Assembly: GCA_937949965.1 (NCBI GenBank)
Contig: CALFBF010000023.1
Location: 2,358 to 66,357 of the forward strand
Origin: an uncultured Roseibacillus sp.
GTDB lineage: Bacteria; Verrucomicrobiota; Verrucomicrobiia; Verrucomicrobiales; Akkermansiaceae
Direction: 5' to 3'
Length of the DNA: 64,000 nucleotides
Shown here: positions 18,767 through 27,255 of the stretch, one piece after another
How positions within the stretch are numbered: position 1 is the first letter of the stretch
Layout: each line of letters begins with the position of its first letter
Made by a program: the position numbers and the translations under genes
Notes under the pieces: model-generated
What the model saw: only the letters and a program-made list of their open reading frames with translations
What the model was told of the DNA's origin: nothing
Database searches by the model: none

Positions 18767-20029
18767 ATGAAGATTCTCTCCCTCTCTAGCTCCGATCTCT
18801 CTGGCGGAGCAGCAGTTGCCGCCTCCCGCCTACACCAAGGACTCATTAGAGAAGGGCTCGACTCCACCCTTCTTGTCGGAGAAAAAGCAGGCTCCGATCC
18901 CTACACCATCGCCCTCGACAACAACTTCACTTTTTCCCTCCGCCGCAATCTCGATCAACTCCCCTTAAAGTTAGAAAGAGCACCCGACTCCCTCGGCCAT
19001 CGTTCGCTGTCTTGGCTCCCTAATAGAAAACTCTTACAAGCAATCGCAAAAGCGAATCCTGATCTTATCCATCTCCATTGGACTCAAAACGGATTCATGC
19101 CCTTAAGCTTGTTAGAAAAACTTAAGAAACCACTCGTCTGGACTTTCCACGATCTCTGGCCCGTATGTGGAAGCCTGCATCACGAATATCAGAATGACCT
19201 TCGTTACCCTCAAGACTACACTTCATCCAATCGCCCGACCTCACGCAAAGGCCCTGATCTCGACCGTCGAATAGCGAAGCAAAAGGCAAAGATCTACGCC
19301 CAACATCATATTGAAGCAATCGTCCCCAGCCAATGGATGGCCGAACAAGTCCAACGCTCACATCTTTGGCAAGATCGCCCTCTAACAGTGATTCCCATTG
19401 GACTCGATACCACCGTCTTTAAACCCATTAATAAAACAGCTGCTCGGGATCTGCTGAATCTACCAGCGGACCAGACTGTGATCTTATTTGGTGCGATGTA
19501 TGCCGGATCTGATAGAAACAAAGGCTATTCTCAGCTCTGCGATGCCCTCAATCAACTAAAGCTCCCTAGAGAAAAGACCTCTCTCGCTATCTTTGGAATG
19601 TCCGCCCCCAACGCCGACGACCCCCCACTCCCTTACCAAGCTCATTGGGCGGGAATCCTGCGCGATCCCTATACTTTAGCCGCGCTTTACTCAGCGGCAG
19701 ACGTTATGGTTATGCCCTCTTTACAAGAATCCTTCGGTCAAACTGCCTCCGAAGCTCTCGCCTGCGGCACTCCTGTCGTCGCCTTCGACACCTCCGGCCT
19801 CAAAGACATCGTCGATCACCAGACCAATGGTTACTTGGCAAAGCCATTTGACCCTTCCGATCTAGCAGCCGGCATCGAGTGGGTGCTTGCAGATCGCGAA
19901 CGGCATCAAAAGCTTTCGCAAGCAGGAAGAGAAAAAGTTCTCACTACTTTTGCCCTCCCTGCAGTCGTCTCTCCGCACCTTGATATCTATCAGAAGCAGC
20001 TCTCACGAAGAACTGAGAGTCGCCAGTAA
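18767..20029 (+). CDS. Glycosyltransferase family 4 (GT-B)
   Basis: 420 aa. C-terminal GT1/GT4 signature PSLQESFGQTASEALACGTPVVAFDTSGLKDIVDHQTNGYL. Confidence 0.88.
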   Translation: MKILSLSSSDLSGGAAVAASRLHQGLIREGLDSTLLVGEKAGSDPYTIALDNNFTFSLRRNLDQLPLKLERAPDSLGHRSLSWLPNRKLLQAIAKANPDLIHLHWTQNGFMPLSLLEKLKKPLVWTFHDLWPVCGSLHHEYQNDLRYPQDYTSSNRPTSRKGPDLDRRIAKQKAKIYAQHHIEAIVPSQWMAEQVQRSHLWQDRPLTVIPIGLDTTVFKPINKTAARDLLNLPADQTVILFGAMYAGSDRNKGYSQLCDALNQLKLPREKTSLAIFGMSAPNADDPPLPYQAHWAGILRDPYTLAALYSAADVMVMPSLQESFGQTASEALACGTPVVAFDTSGLKDIVDHQTNGYLAKPFDPSDLAAGIEWVLADRERHQKLSQAGREKVLTTFALPAVVSPHLDIYQKQLSRRTESRQ

Positions 20030-20030
20030 C

Positions 20031-21341
20031 TTACTGCTCAACAAGTACTGCTGAACATTCTCTCGGCTGGGTATGCTGAGAGCCCAGAGCTAGCAACTCG
20101 GCAAAGACCTCGTCTAACCGCTCGCGGTTATGAAGAGAATGATAGCGTTGATAATTTCGCCGAAGAGTATTCCCATCCCAATCTTCACCTCCGATCACTC
20201 GTCGAATGGCTTCTTGCCCCTGAGTGACATCCCCCTGCTCGATCGTTAAGCCCATCCCATACTTCTCCACCCGATTCCCAACGCATTCTCCACGAGTAGC
20301 GATGAGAGGACGTTCAAAAATAGCACCTTTCGTAAGAGCATTGCTGCTGCCTTGGAAGTCTTCATAAGCGGCGTAGATGACATCAAAAGTCTCGATGAGG
20401 GAGTTAAAGTCTGCACCATCGTTCACTCGTTCACCGGGTAATTTTAGATAAATATTATCTAGTTCACCCGAGTCCACACGCGCTTGAATCGATGTAATGT
20501 AGCGCTGCTCTTCTTCGCTAAAGGTATCTCTCGCGTACTTACCAGCGGCCACAAAGAACCAGTCCTCTTTCCCCGCCGCAGCCTCAGCAATCCGCAACAT
20601 TGTTAGAAAACCTTTGCGACGCTCCAAACTAATCATCCCTATAATTTTGCGACCAGCAGCCTGTGCCCGAATCTCCTGCGCAAAGACACTTGCAACCTCT
20701 GGCGGCTCTTCGTTAGTAATATCCGGAAAAGCAATCACCTGCTTAATACTCTCGGCAGCCATCGTATCTTGAAAGCGCTCATCAAGAATACCCACTGCTA
20801 CTAGATTCTCGTTCCTAAGGCTACGATCTCCTTTGGCCGCTTTCCTAATTCCACTAAGCTCACTGCCAAAGTGGTGATTCCGAAAATAAAGACCAGACCA
20901 AGGTAACCCCAGTTGACTAGCTAAGCGGGTAGAGGGCTGGAATCGAAGATAAGAATCTAACCACGATAAAAAGACAAAATTTGCAAGATGACCGGACTTC
21001 TTTTCCGCTCGACGAATCGCTCGTCGCAAGCACCGCCATCTCACAATAGTGCTTAATGGATCATGGTCGTGCCCAGGTCGGAGATAAGCCCGATCAGGAT
21101 CATCTAACTGCTCAACAATGATCCTCTCAGCGAAGTCTATACCCATGCTACGGCAGATCTTCTTGGCCTCTTGTTCAAACTGAGCAGGCTCTCGACATAA
21201 GCCCATTACGCGGTGTCCCAGACGTAACAAAGAAGCTGTAAACTCGTAAAAATAAGTCGGGTGATGCCCATCCCAACGCGGATCAGCGAGGACAACAGTC
21301 TTGGTAGGCGGTTCGGTTAAATTCATAGTCATTTCCGACAA
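20031..21341 (-). CDS. Divergent GT-B-like protein, function unknown
   Basis: 436 aa. Two Rossmann-like halves (VVLADPRWDGHHPTYF...; KIIGMISLERRKGF...). The position of the usual E-x7-E motif reads FQGSSNALTKGAIFERPLIATRGECVGNRV, so the first Glu is missing. Confidence 0.5.
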   Translation of the reverse strand: MSEMTMNLTEPPTKTVVLADPRWDGHHPTYFYEFTASLLRLGHRVMGLCREPAQFEQEAKKICRSMGIDFAERIIVEQLDDPDRAYLRPGHDHDPLSTIVRWRCLRRAIRRAEKKSGHLANFVFLSWLDSYLRFQPSTRLASQLGLPWSGLYFRNHHFGSELSGIRKAAKGDRSLRNENLVAVGILDERFQDTMAAESIKQVIAFPDITNEEPPEVASVFAQEIRAQAAGRKIIGMISLERRKGFLTMLRIAEAAAGKEDWFFVAAGKYARDTFSEEEQRYITSIQARVDSGELDNIYLKLPGERVNDGADFNSLIETFDVIYAAYEDFQGSSNALTKGAIFERPLIATRGECVGNRVEKYGMGLTIEQGDVTQGQEAIRRVIGGEDWDGNTLRRNYQRYHSLHNRERLDEVFAELLALGSQHTQPRECSAVLVEQ

Positions 21342-21344
21342 GTC

Positions 21345-22544
21345 TCACAGTTGTTGCATGAGTTTTTCAAACCGATCGCCAATCAGTTTAACATCAAAGG
21401 TCTTTTCGGCATAAGCTCGGGCTTTCATTCCCATTTCAGCGGCAACAGTCGCGTCGCGATAGATTTTTTCAGCAGACTCACAAAAGCCATCTTCATCGGA
21501 AGGACCCACTGTTAAACCCGCACCCTCTTCTCTAATAATTCGTGCCGCGAGGTTAACCTCTGGCACTGCTAACAATATCGGTTTTTGAGCACACAAGTAA
21601 GTGAGAACCTTGCTAGGCACCGAGAAGATGCCGGCGTCTTCTTCCAAAACACCTGTTAGAACATCACCAGAAGCTAATACTTCGGGCAATCTGTCAAACG
21701 GCTGATAACCTAAGAGGATAAGATTGGCCAATCCTCGTTCTTCCTTCTTCTCTTTCAACCAATCAGCACCAATACCCTCAGAGACGACAACTATCCGCAC
21801 ATCTGGATTATCTTTGAAACGCTCAGCTACGCCTAACAAAAGGTTAGGATTATGCTTCATCCCCAACGTGCCAGTGTAGAGCACGACAAACTTTCCTGCC
21901 AGTTCCTGCTCCCTAGCCCAATCATTTACCTTCGGTTCTACGGGGAGATTCTCTAGAGGAGCCCAATTGGGAATCGTCGTGATACGGTCTGAATCGACTC
22001 CGAATTGCTCAACCATAATAGGCTTAAAATCAGAGGTGATCGCTACCACGTGATCCGACGCTTGGAAGTGCTTTCGATCGAGGCCTTTGTAGTAATTGCC
22101 AACCAATGCACCTAAAATTGGAATCTTCTTCCGCACCAACTTATCGACTGCAATGCTATAAAAATCTTGGCACCAGTATATAAACTTCGCATCTAGCCCT
22201 TGACTTGCGGCTAGAATGCCTGTCTGTGACTCCGTAGGAGTATTTGCAGAGATGATGAGTTCTGGCTCCCACCCCTTAATCATTTTTGCGGCATTTTTAC
22301 CGTACTCGATCTCCATTGCTCGGCGTTTGGTAAAAGAATACTTAAATTTTGCGTAGTCAGCATTCATTGGCACTTCGAAGGAATCGAAGCCCTCAGGATC
22401 GTCAGGCTTTTTTGCAAGCTCGCCTCGTGGAGTCTGCAAACCACCAGCATAGGCGTGTCTAACAGTATGACCACGGCTTGCTAACTCGCGGCTTAATTGA
22501 ACCTGAAAGGGATGACCGGCATAATCGTGAACAAGAATCTTCAT
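21345..22544 (-). CDS. Glycosyltransferase family 4 (WcaI/WbuB-like)
   Basis: MKILVHDYAGHPFQVQLSRELASRGHTV N-terminus typical of WcaI/WbuB-type enzymes. C-terminal half contains GYQPFDRLPEVLASGDVL...PSKVLTYLCAQKPIL. Confidence 0.85.
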   Translation of the reverse strand: MKILVHDYAGHPFQVQLSRELASRGHTVRHAYAGGLQTPRGELAKKPDDPEGFDSFEVPMNADYAKFKYSFTKRRAMEIEYGKNAAKMIKGWEPELIISANTPTESQTGILAASQGLDAKFIYWCQDFYSIAVDKLVRKKIPILGALVGNYYKGLDRKHFQASDHVVAITSDFKPIMVEQFGVDSDRITTIPNWAPLENLPVEPKVNDWAREQELAGKFVVLYTGTLGMKHNPNLLLGVAERFKDNPDVRIVVVSEGIGADWLKEKKEERGLANLILLGYQPFDRLPEVLASGDVLTGVLEEDAGIFSVPSKVLTYLCAQKPILLAVPEVNLAARIIREEGAGLTVGPSDEDGFCESAEKIYRDATVAAEMGMKARAYAEKTFDVKLIGDRFEKLMQQL

Positions 22545-22749
22545 TTACTGGAGAAAATCAAAAAGAGAAACCGAGACAGAAAGGAATAAGCCCTAACGAT
22601 GGCGGTGACAATTTCAGCTTAACTTAAGAAAACTTGAATGAACACTCTATTTTTAAAAAATGATAAGTTTGAATTCGGAAAATTTTAAAAACAGCGCGCA
22701 AAACTTCCCCAACTCATTGATTCGAACTGAATTTCTCAAAATTTCCACG

Positions 22750-22796
22750 GGATCTGCGGGAAATACTTATCCTCGTTTTCCGAAAACCGCAGATCC
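22750..22796 (-). terminator. Stem-loop spanning the yggS stop codon (possible terminator)
   Basis: 10-bp perfect inverted repeat ggatctgcgg (22750-22759) / ccgcagatcc (22787-22796) around a 27-nt loop that contains the TAA stop. On the minus strand it is followed by ...ggaaatttt. The loop is long and the U-tract weak. Confidence 0.35.
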
Positions 22797-23447
22797 GACT
22801 CTAATCATCGTAGAACCTTCCATAATTGCCGCTGAAAAGTCTTTGCTCATGCCCATGCTTAGCTGAGAAAGAGCTAATCCTGACCTTGTTACCAGAAGAT
22901 CACGAAGAGTCCTAACAGCAGCAAAATACGGCCGAGCTTCGTCAGGATGAGTTACTGGTGGCGGGATGGTCATCAGACCTTCAATTCGAATCGATCCTAG
23001 TTGAGCGAGTTCTTCAATTTGCTTTTTAAGCAATTCCTCTTCGAATCCACTTTTGGTTCCTTCTCCTCCAACCTTAACTTGAAGAAGAAGAGGTTGCACA
23101 ATACCAGTTTCTTCTGCCACACGGTTTACTGCCGAGGCGATCTTCAAAGAATCAACTCCTTGTAAGCAAGCAAACTTACCCACGACTTTTCGAACCTTAT
23201 TACGCTGCAGAGGGCCGATGAGATGCCATGCGATTGTCGCGGGAAGGAGAGGCTGTTTTTCTAACGCTTCTTGAACACGGTTCTCGCCTAGGGAGGTTTG
23301 TCCGTGCGCGATAACCTCCGAAACGACCGAAGCAGGAAAGGTTTTACTGACTACCAGAAGCTCCACCTCGTCGGCAGAGCGTCCAGCTAATTCCGCGGAT
23401 GATGCGAGTTCTTCGCGAACGCTTTCTAACCGTTGCGCAATGGACAT
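22767..23447 (-). CDS. yggS: YggS-family pyridoxal-phosphate homeostasis protein
   Basis: 226 aa. VSKTFP (PLP Lys), GENRVQE, WHLIGPLQRNKV, LSMGMSKDF, IRVGSAVFG. Confidence 0.9.
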   Translation of the reverse strand: MSIAQRLESVREELASSAELAGRSADEVELLVVSKTFPASVVSEVIAHGQTSLGENRVQEALEKQPLLPATIAWHLIGPLQRNKVRKVVGKFACLQGVDSLKIASAVNRVAEETGIVQPLLLQVKVGGEGTKSGFEEELLKKQIEELAQLGSIRIEGLMTIPPPVTHPDEARPYFAAVRTLRDLLVTRSGLALSQLSMGMSKDFSAAIMEGSTMIRVGSAVFGKRG

Positions 23448-23470
23448 GATAACACTGAGGGAACGCGCAC

Positions 23471-25729
23471 TTATTGCGCTTGTACCTTCTGTCCATCGGT
23501 CACTTTGGCAATACTCGCTTGCTCAGTGAAATGAATAAGATCCGTTAGAATATGAATACTCTCTCGCTTAACAATATCCAAGCCACTAGGCCACTCAGGA
23601 GTATCATCCAAATCGGCAACCTTATCCTTAGCGACTCTCATGTTGGCTTCAGCATCTCTTTGACGGTCGACCTCTGTAAGATCCTCATCTGCGAGATCGT
23701 CAAGGGTAAGTCGATAAAAAGACATTGCTTGTTTATCCTTGGCCTCCATCTCTTGGAAACGCCTACGACGCTCAGCATTACGAGTATCCCGACGTTGTTC
23801 TGATTCTGCTAATTCTCGTTCGCGGGTTCCGCGATTCAAGCTCACCGCATTCTTTTCGATACGCTCTTTTGTCCGTTGGATGTCTTCCTTAATGTAGGTA
23901 AAATCGACTGACTTTTTGACTCGTTCATTACTACGCGCAGTAATCTTATCTAAGAAAAGATGAGAACGTTCCATCGGCTTGAACCCTTTTGCAGGAGGAA
24001 TCATATCATGCGCAAGGGCGTGATCTTGGAAACGCTCTCCAATATCCAAAGCGTCTGTTAGGGATGGCAATACGATATCCGGAACTACTCCCTCGAGCTG
24101 AGTCGAACTGCCAGTCACCCGATAAAATTTCTGCACTGTTGCTTTCAGAGTCCCTGCTCGCGTAGCGTCTTGGAAGAATTTGAAATAGCGTCCAATCGAC
24201 ATTGGTTGCTGCACCGTACCCTTTCCGTAAGTTGATGACTCACCAACCACGATAGCTCGGTTATAATCTTGCAGTGCTCCTGCGAGTATCTCGCTAGCTG
24301 ATGCGCTGGTCTTATCCGTAACAATCAATAGTGGGCCTTCATAAAGAGGCTTCCGTAGAGTCGATTCCTTAGAATCAACGGCTCCCCACCCTTGCTTAAC
24401 TTGCACTACTGGACCTCGTCCAATGAAGAGGCCGGTCATTCTTCTCACCTCTTCGAGAGCTCCGCCCCCATTACCACGGAGATCGAGCGCAATGCCATCA
24501 ACACCCTCTCGCTTAAGACGGCTGACTAAATGTTGCACATCCTTATACACGCTAGGGTCCCCATCGTTGAAATCGAGGTAAAAACTAGGAAGCGTAATCC
24601 AGCCAATCAACTTCGAACTCCCGTCAGGCTGGATCATCTTAATCAGCTCGCTAGAGGCGGCTTCATCCTTGAGTTCAACCCGATCACGAGTGATCACGAT
24701 CTCACGCACTTCTCCAGGGGCGCCATCCGCAGGTTCCACCTTCAGGCGCACTTTTGTGTTTTGTTGACCTCTGATCAATTCCACAACATGGTCGATCTTC
24801 ATATAGAGGGTATCTGTCAAATCACCGTTATTGAGAGAATCAACTCCCACAATACGGTCATTTAACTGTAGTTCCCCTTGCTTGTCGGCAGGCCCGTTAA
24901 CGACAAGTCCAATGATCTTGGTCGCGCCATCATCCTCTCGTTGGAGAAGAGCTCCAATTCCGATCAGCTGGTTCTGGAGTCCAGCCTCAAAACGCTCCAT
25001 CTGGCGTACGCTTAAATAATCGGTATGAGGATCGTGAGCGCGAGAAACAGCACTGAAAAATGAAGCTGCTACATCCTCTTCATCAGCACCCTCAATATCT
25101 TTGAGAAAACGTTCATAACGGATCTTTACTGCTTCGTTGGGGCTCTTCTCATCTTTGAGAGGATTTTCCTTACCCTGTTCCTCCGCAATACGGTGAATAG
25201 CTTCTCGACGCATTTCTTCACTGAGAATTTCTTCTGCAATTTGAAGACGCCATAATTCCTGTGCTGCAAAATCATCGGCAGGCCAGTCTGCATCTCGTCG
25301 CGACCGGGTCACCACTTGATCCTTGGTGAAGTCAAACTTTGCATTATCTGCAATCTGCTGCGCAAATTCAATACGCTGGCGGACTCGCGTCACATAGCGG
25401 CTGTAGATCTCTCCAGCAGGTTCCATCGCTCGTTCTTGCACTAGCAGCTGGTCAATTCGAGCCTGTGACTGGGCCCCAAAACGTTCTTGAAACTCGTCTA
25501 CATCCTCTTTTGTGAAATATAATTTTGCTGGGTCTAAATCTTGTAAGTAGTCGGAGAGGATTCGATCTGACATCTCAGCATCAAATTCGAGGTCCGCAAA
25601 ATGCTTATTCTCAAGCATCCCGACCAACACCTTGCCCACATCATTAAAATCTGTCTGTCCACTAACAATACCTTGAGTGCAGCCAGCAAAAACGGTGAGG
25701 GCCATTAGGGAGCTAGAAATCTTCATCAT
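23471..25729 (-). CDS. prc: Carboxy-terminal processing (tail-specific) protease, S41A, lipoprotein
   Basis: PDZ region plus S41 catalytic motifs TDKTSASASEILAGAL (Ser) and TYGKGTVQ (Lys). Start taken at ATG 25729 (MMKISSSLMALTVFAGC, lipobox), because the longer ORF overlaps the upstream gene. Confidence 0.88.
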   Translation of the reverse strand: MMKISSSLMALTVFAGCTQGIVSGQTDFNDVGKVLVGMLENKHFADLEFDAEMSDRILSDYLQDLDPAKLYFTKEDVDEFQERFGAQSQARIDQLLVQERAMEPAGEIYSRYVTRVRQRIEFAQQIADNAKFDFTKDQVVTRSRRDADWPADDFAAQELWRLQIAEEILSEEMRREAIHRIAEEQGKENPLKDEKSPNEAVKIRYERFLKDIEGADEEDVAASFFSAVSRAHDPHTDYLSVRQMERFEAGLQNQLIGIGALLQREDDGATKIIGLVVNGPADKQGELQLNDRIVGVDSLNNGDLTDTLYMKIDHVVELIRGQQNTKVRLKVEPADGAPGEVREIVITRDRVELKDEAASSELIKMIQPDGSSKLIGWITLPSFYLDFNDGDPSVYKDVQHLVSRLKREGVDGIALDLRGNGGGALEEVRRMTGLFIGRGPVVQVKQGWGAVDSKESTLRKPLYEGPLLIVTDKTSASASEILAGALQDYNRAIVVGESSTYGKGTVQQPMSIGRYFKFFQDATRAGTLKATVQKFYRVTGSSTQLEGVVPDIVLPSLTDALDIGERFQDHALAHDMIPPAKGFKPMERSHLFLDKITARSNERVKKSVDFTYIKEDIQRTKERIEKNAVSLNRGTRERELAESEQRRDTRNAERRRRFQEMEAKDKQAMSFYRLTLDDLADEDLTEVDRQRDAEANMRVAKDKVADLDDTPEWPSGLDIVKRESIHILTDLIHFTEQASIAKVTDGQKVQAQ

Positions 25730-25832
25730 TCGTAAAATTAACGAGTCCAAGGATAAACTTGGCCTAAAACAATGTTTGCCAGTTCGCTGGCATTGTCGAA
25801 TCAAATTCGACATTACTCCTCGTAAGAAGTGC

Positions 25833-26561
25833 CTATCGGATTGAACGAGTCTCACGTTTGTTCAATAACCACCGAAGATAATCTTTCTTCAAAAGCTCTC
25901 TCTCTTTTTCCTCATCCACTCTGACCAGTGCGTTAACTCTTCTTTCTGGCACTGCTTCCGCGTTCATTAATTTCACCTCTTTGTCCATAAGCTCTTCGCC
26001 TCTTTTAATGGTGAGCTTAAGCTGCGTTCCTGGTACCTGATCGCTGACAATTTTCATTAAAAGAGTGCGAGGATCTTCCCCCTTCAAACTCTCATCATCG
26101 ATATGGGTGATCATGTCATTCTGTCGAAGGCCTGCTTTTTCCGCCGGAGTTCCTGGAATAACTGCATCTACCAGTACTCCCTCATGAACATCTATCCGAT
26201 CTGGCAATTGCCCCGGAGCCAAGCCTCGTCCAGCAAATCGTAGCGGGGCTAAAGGCACCATACTGATTCCAATAAAACCGCGCCCTGTTTGCGGAATTTC
26301 GTCTCTGATATGCTCAAAGTGAACATTGAATAAAACCTGAATGAGACGCCGCATCTCTTCAGGGTCTTCACTTTGTAAAAAGAGCTGAACTAGTGAGTCT
26401 GCTCGTTCCCTAGGCTGTTCTGCAAGTGCCCACTCCGTAAGTTTCTTCTCCGCAGTCTCTCGGGTTTGAAAATCGTCCGAGCGCAATGCTAGTTGCCAGT
26501 CTTCGACCTCAGTCTGGAACGACGTGAGGTGAAAAAGAACAAAACAGAAGACGACTTTCAT
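25833..26561 (-). CDS. Secreted PDZ-domain protein
   Basis: Signal-like N-terminus MKVVFCFVLFHLTSF, a helical N-domain, and a PDZ core GVLVDAVIPGTPAEKAGLRQNDMITHIDDESL...LKLTIKRG. Confidence 0.7.
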   Translation of the reverse strand: MKVVFCFVLFHLTSFQTEVEDWQLALRSDDFQTRETAEKKLTEWALAEQPRERADSLVQLFLQSEDPEEMRRLIQVLFNVHFEHIRDEIPQTGRGFIGISMVPLAPLRFAGRGLAPGQLPDRIDVHEGVLVDAVIPGTPAEKAGLRQNDMITHIDDESLKGEDPRTLLMKIVSDQVPGTQLKLTIKRGEELMDKEVKLMNAEAVPERRVNALVRVDEEKERELLKKDYLRWLLNKRETRSIR

Positions 26562-26609
26562 TGAACCCTAGAACATGTAAATGCTGAAAGCCACTCGTGC
26601 AATGATAAG

Positions 26610-26641
26610 AAAAAAGGCTGGGAGTGATTTCCCAGCCTTTT
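26610..26641 (-). terminator. Intrinsic terminator after the OPX-2 gene
   Basis: 8-bp stem ggctggga (26616-26623) / tcccagcc (26630-26637) with a 6-nt loop. On the minus strand it is followed by TTTTTT (A-run 26610-26615). The plus strand also has TTTT after the stem. Confidence 0.55.
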
Positions 26642-26662
26642 CAAAACTTCTTCAACGTCGAG

Positions 26663-27232
26663 CTAACGTCCACCAGATTCCCAAGCTCTCACTTGATCGA
26701 CTTCGACAACGTCATTTGGAAAAATCCGCTCCAATTTGTGACTTTCAATTGTTCTCGGACTCAATGAATACTTTTTGCCTTCGCGCCATACGGTAACACG
26801 CTTAGTTGTTCCAAATGTACTCGGCCCTCCTACTGCAGCAAGCGCTTGAGCAAGAGTCATTCCTTTAATGTAAGGTACCGTGCCAGGACGGTTGACACTT
26901 CCCATTATAGTAACCAGTTCTGAGAGCTGACCTTCAGTCTGTCCTGTTTGAATCTGAATGGAAGGAGTGGTGTAAATTTGAGCAGATTTGTAAGCTTGTT
27001 CAATTTTCCGAGCTAGTTCTGTTCCAGAAAGTCCTGCCGCTCTGATAGAACCAATCTCCCACATCCGGATATTACCGCTCTCATCTACCGCGTAGGTGGA
27101 ATTAATGCGCTGGGTTTCTTCTGGGGGAACACCCAGAATTGCAATTTGAATACTCGTATTTTTAACGATTTGGGCAGCTACAGTATGAGTGATTCCCATT
27201 ACCACAGCGAAAAGGACTAGAAGTGTTTTCAT
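26663..27232 (-). CDS. Short outer-membrane polysaccharide export (OPX, Wza-like) protein, paralogue 2
   Basis: 189 aa. Signal peptide MKTLLVLFAVVMGITHTVAA. Poly_export-like IQIAILGVPPEE...VDESGNIRMWEIGSIRAAGLSGTEL, then SLBB-like VTIMGSVNRPGTVPY. No long C-terminal extension. Confidence 0.8.
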   Translation of the reverse strand: MKTLLVLFAVVMGITHTVAAQIVKNTSIQIAILGVPPEETQRINSTYAVDESGNIRMWEIGSIRAAGLSGTELARKIEQAYKSAQIYTTPSIQIQTGQTEGQLSELVTIMGSVNRPGTVPYIKGMTLAQALAAVGGPSTFGTTKRVTVWREGKKYSLSPRTIESHKLERIFPNDVVEVDQVRAWESGGR

Positions 27233-27255
27233 TTTCTTTCTTTGCTAGGTTTGAA

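Noticed and set aside
22545-22749. The AT-rich interval of about 200 bp upstream of the WcaI-like GT, examined for regulatory palindromes or an sRNA.
   Set aside because: I saw only weak, short repeats (ttgaat, aaaactt). Nothing beyond a generic AT-rich promoter region can be supported by eye.
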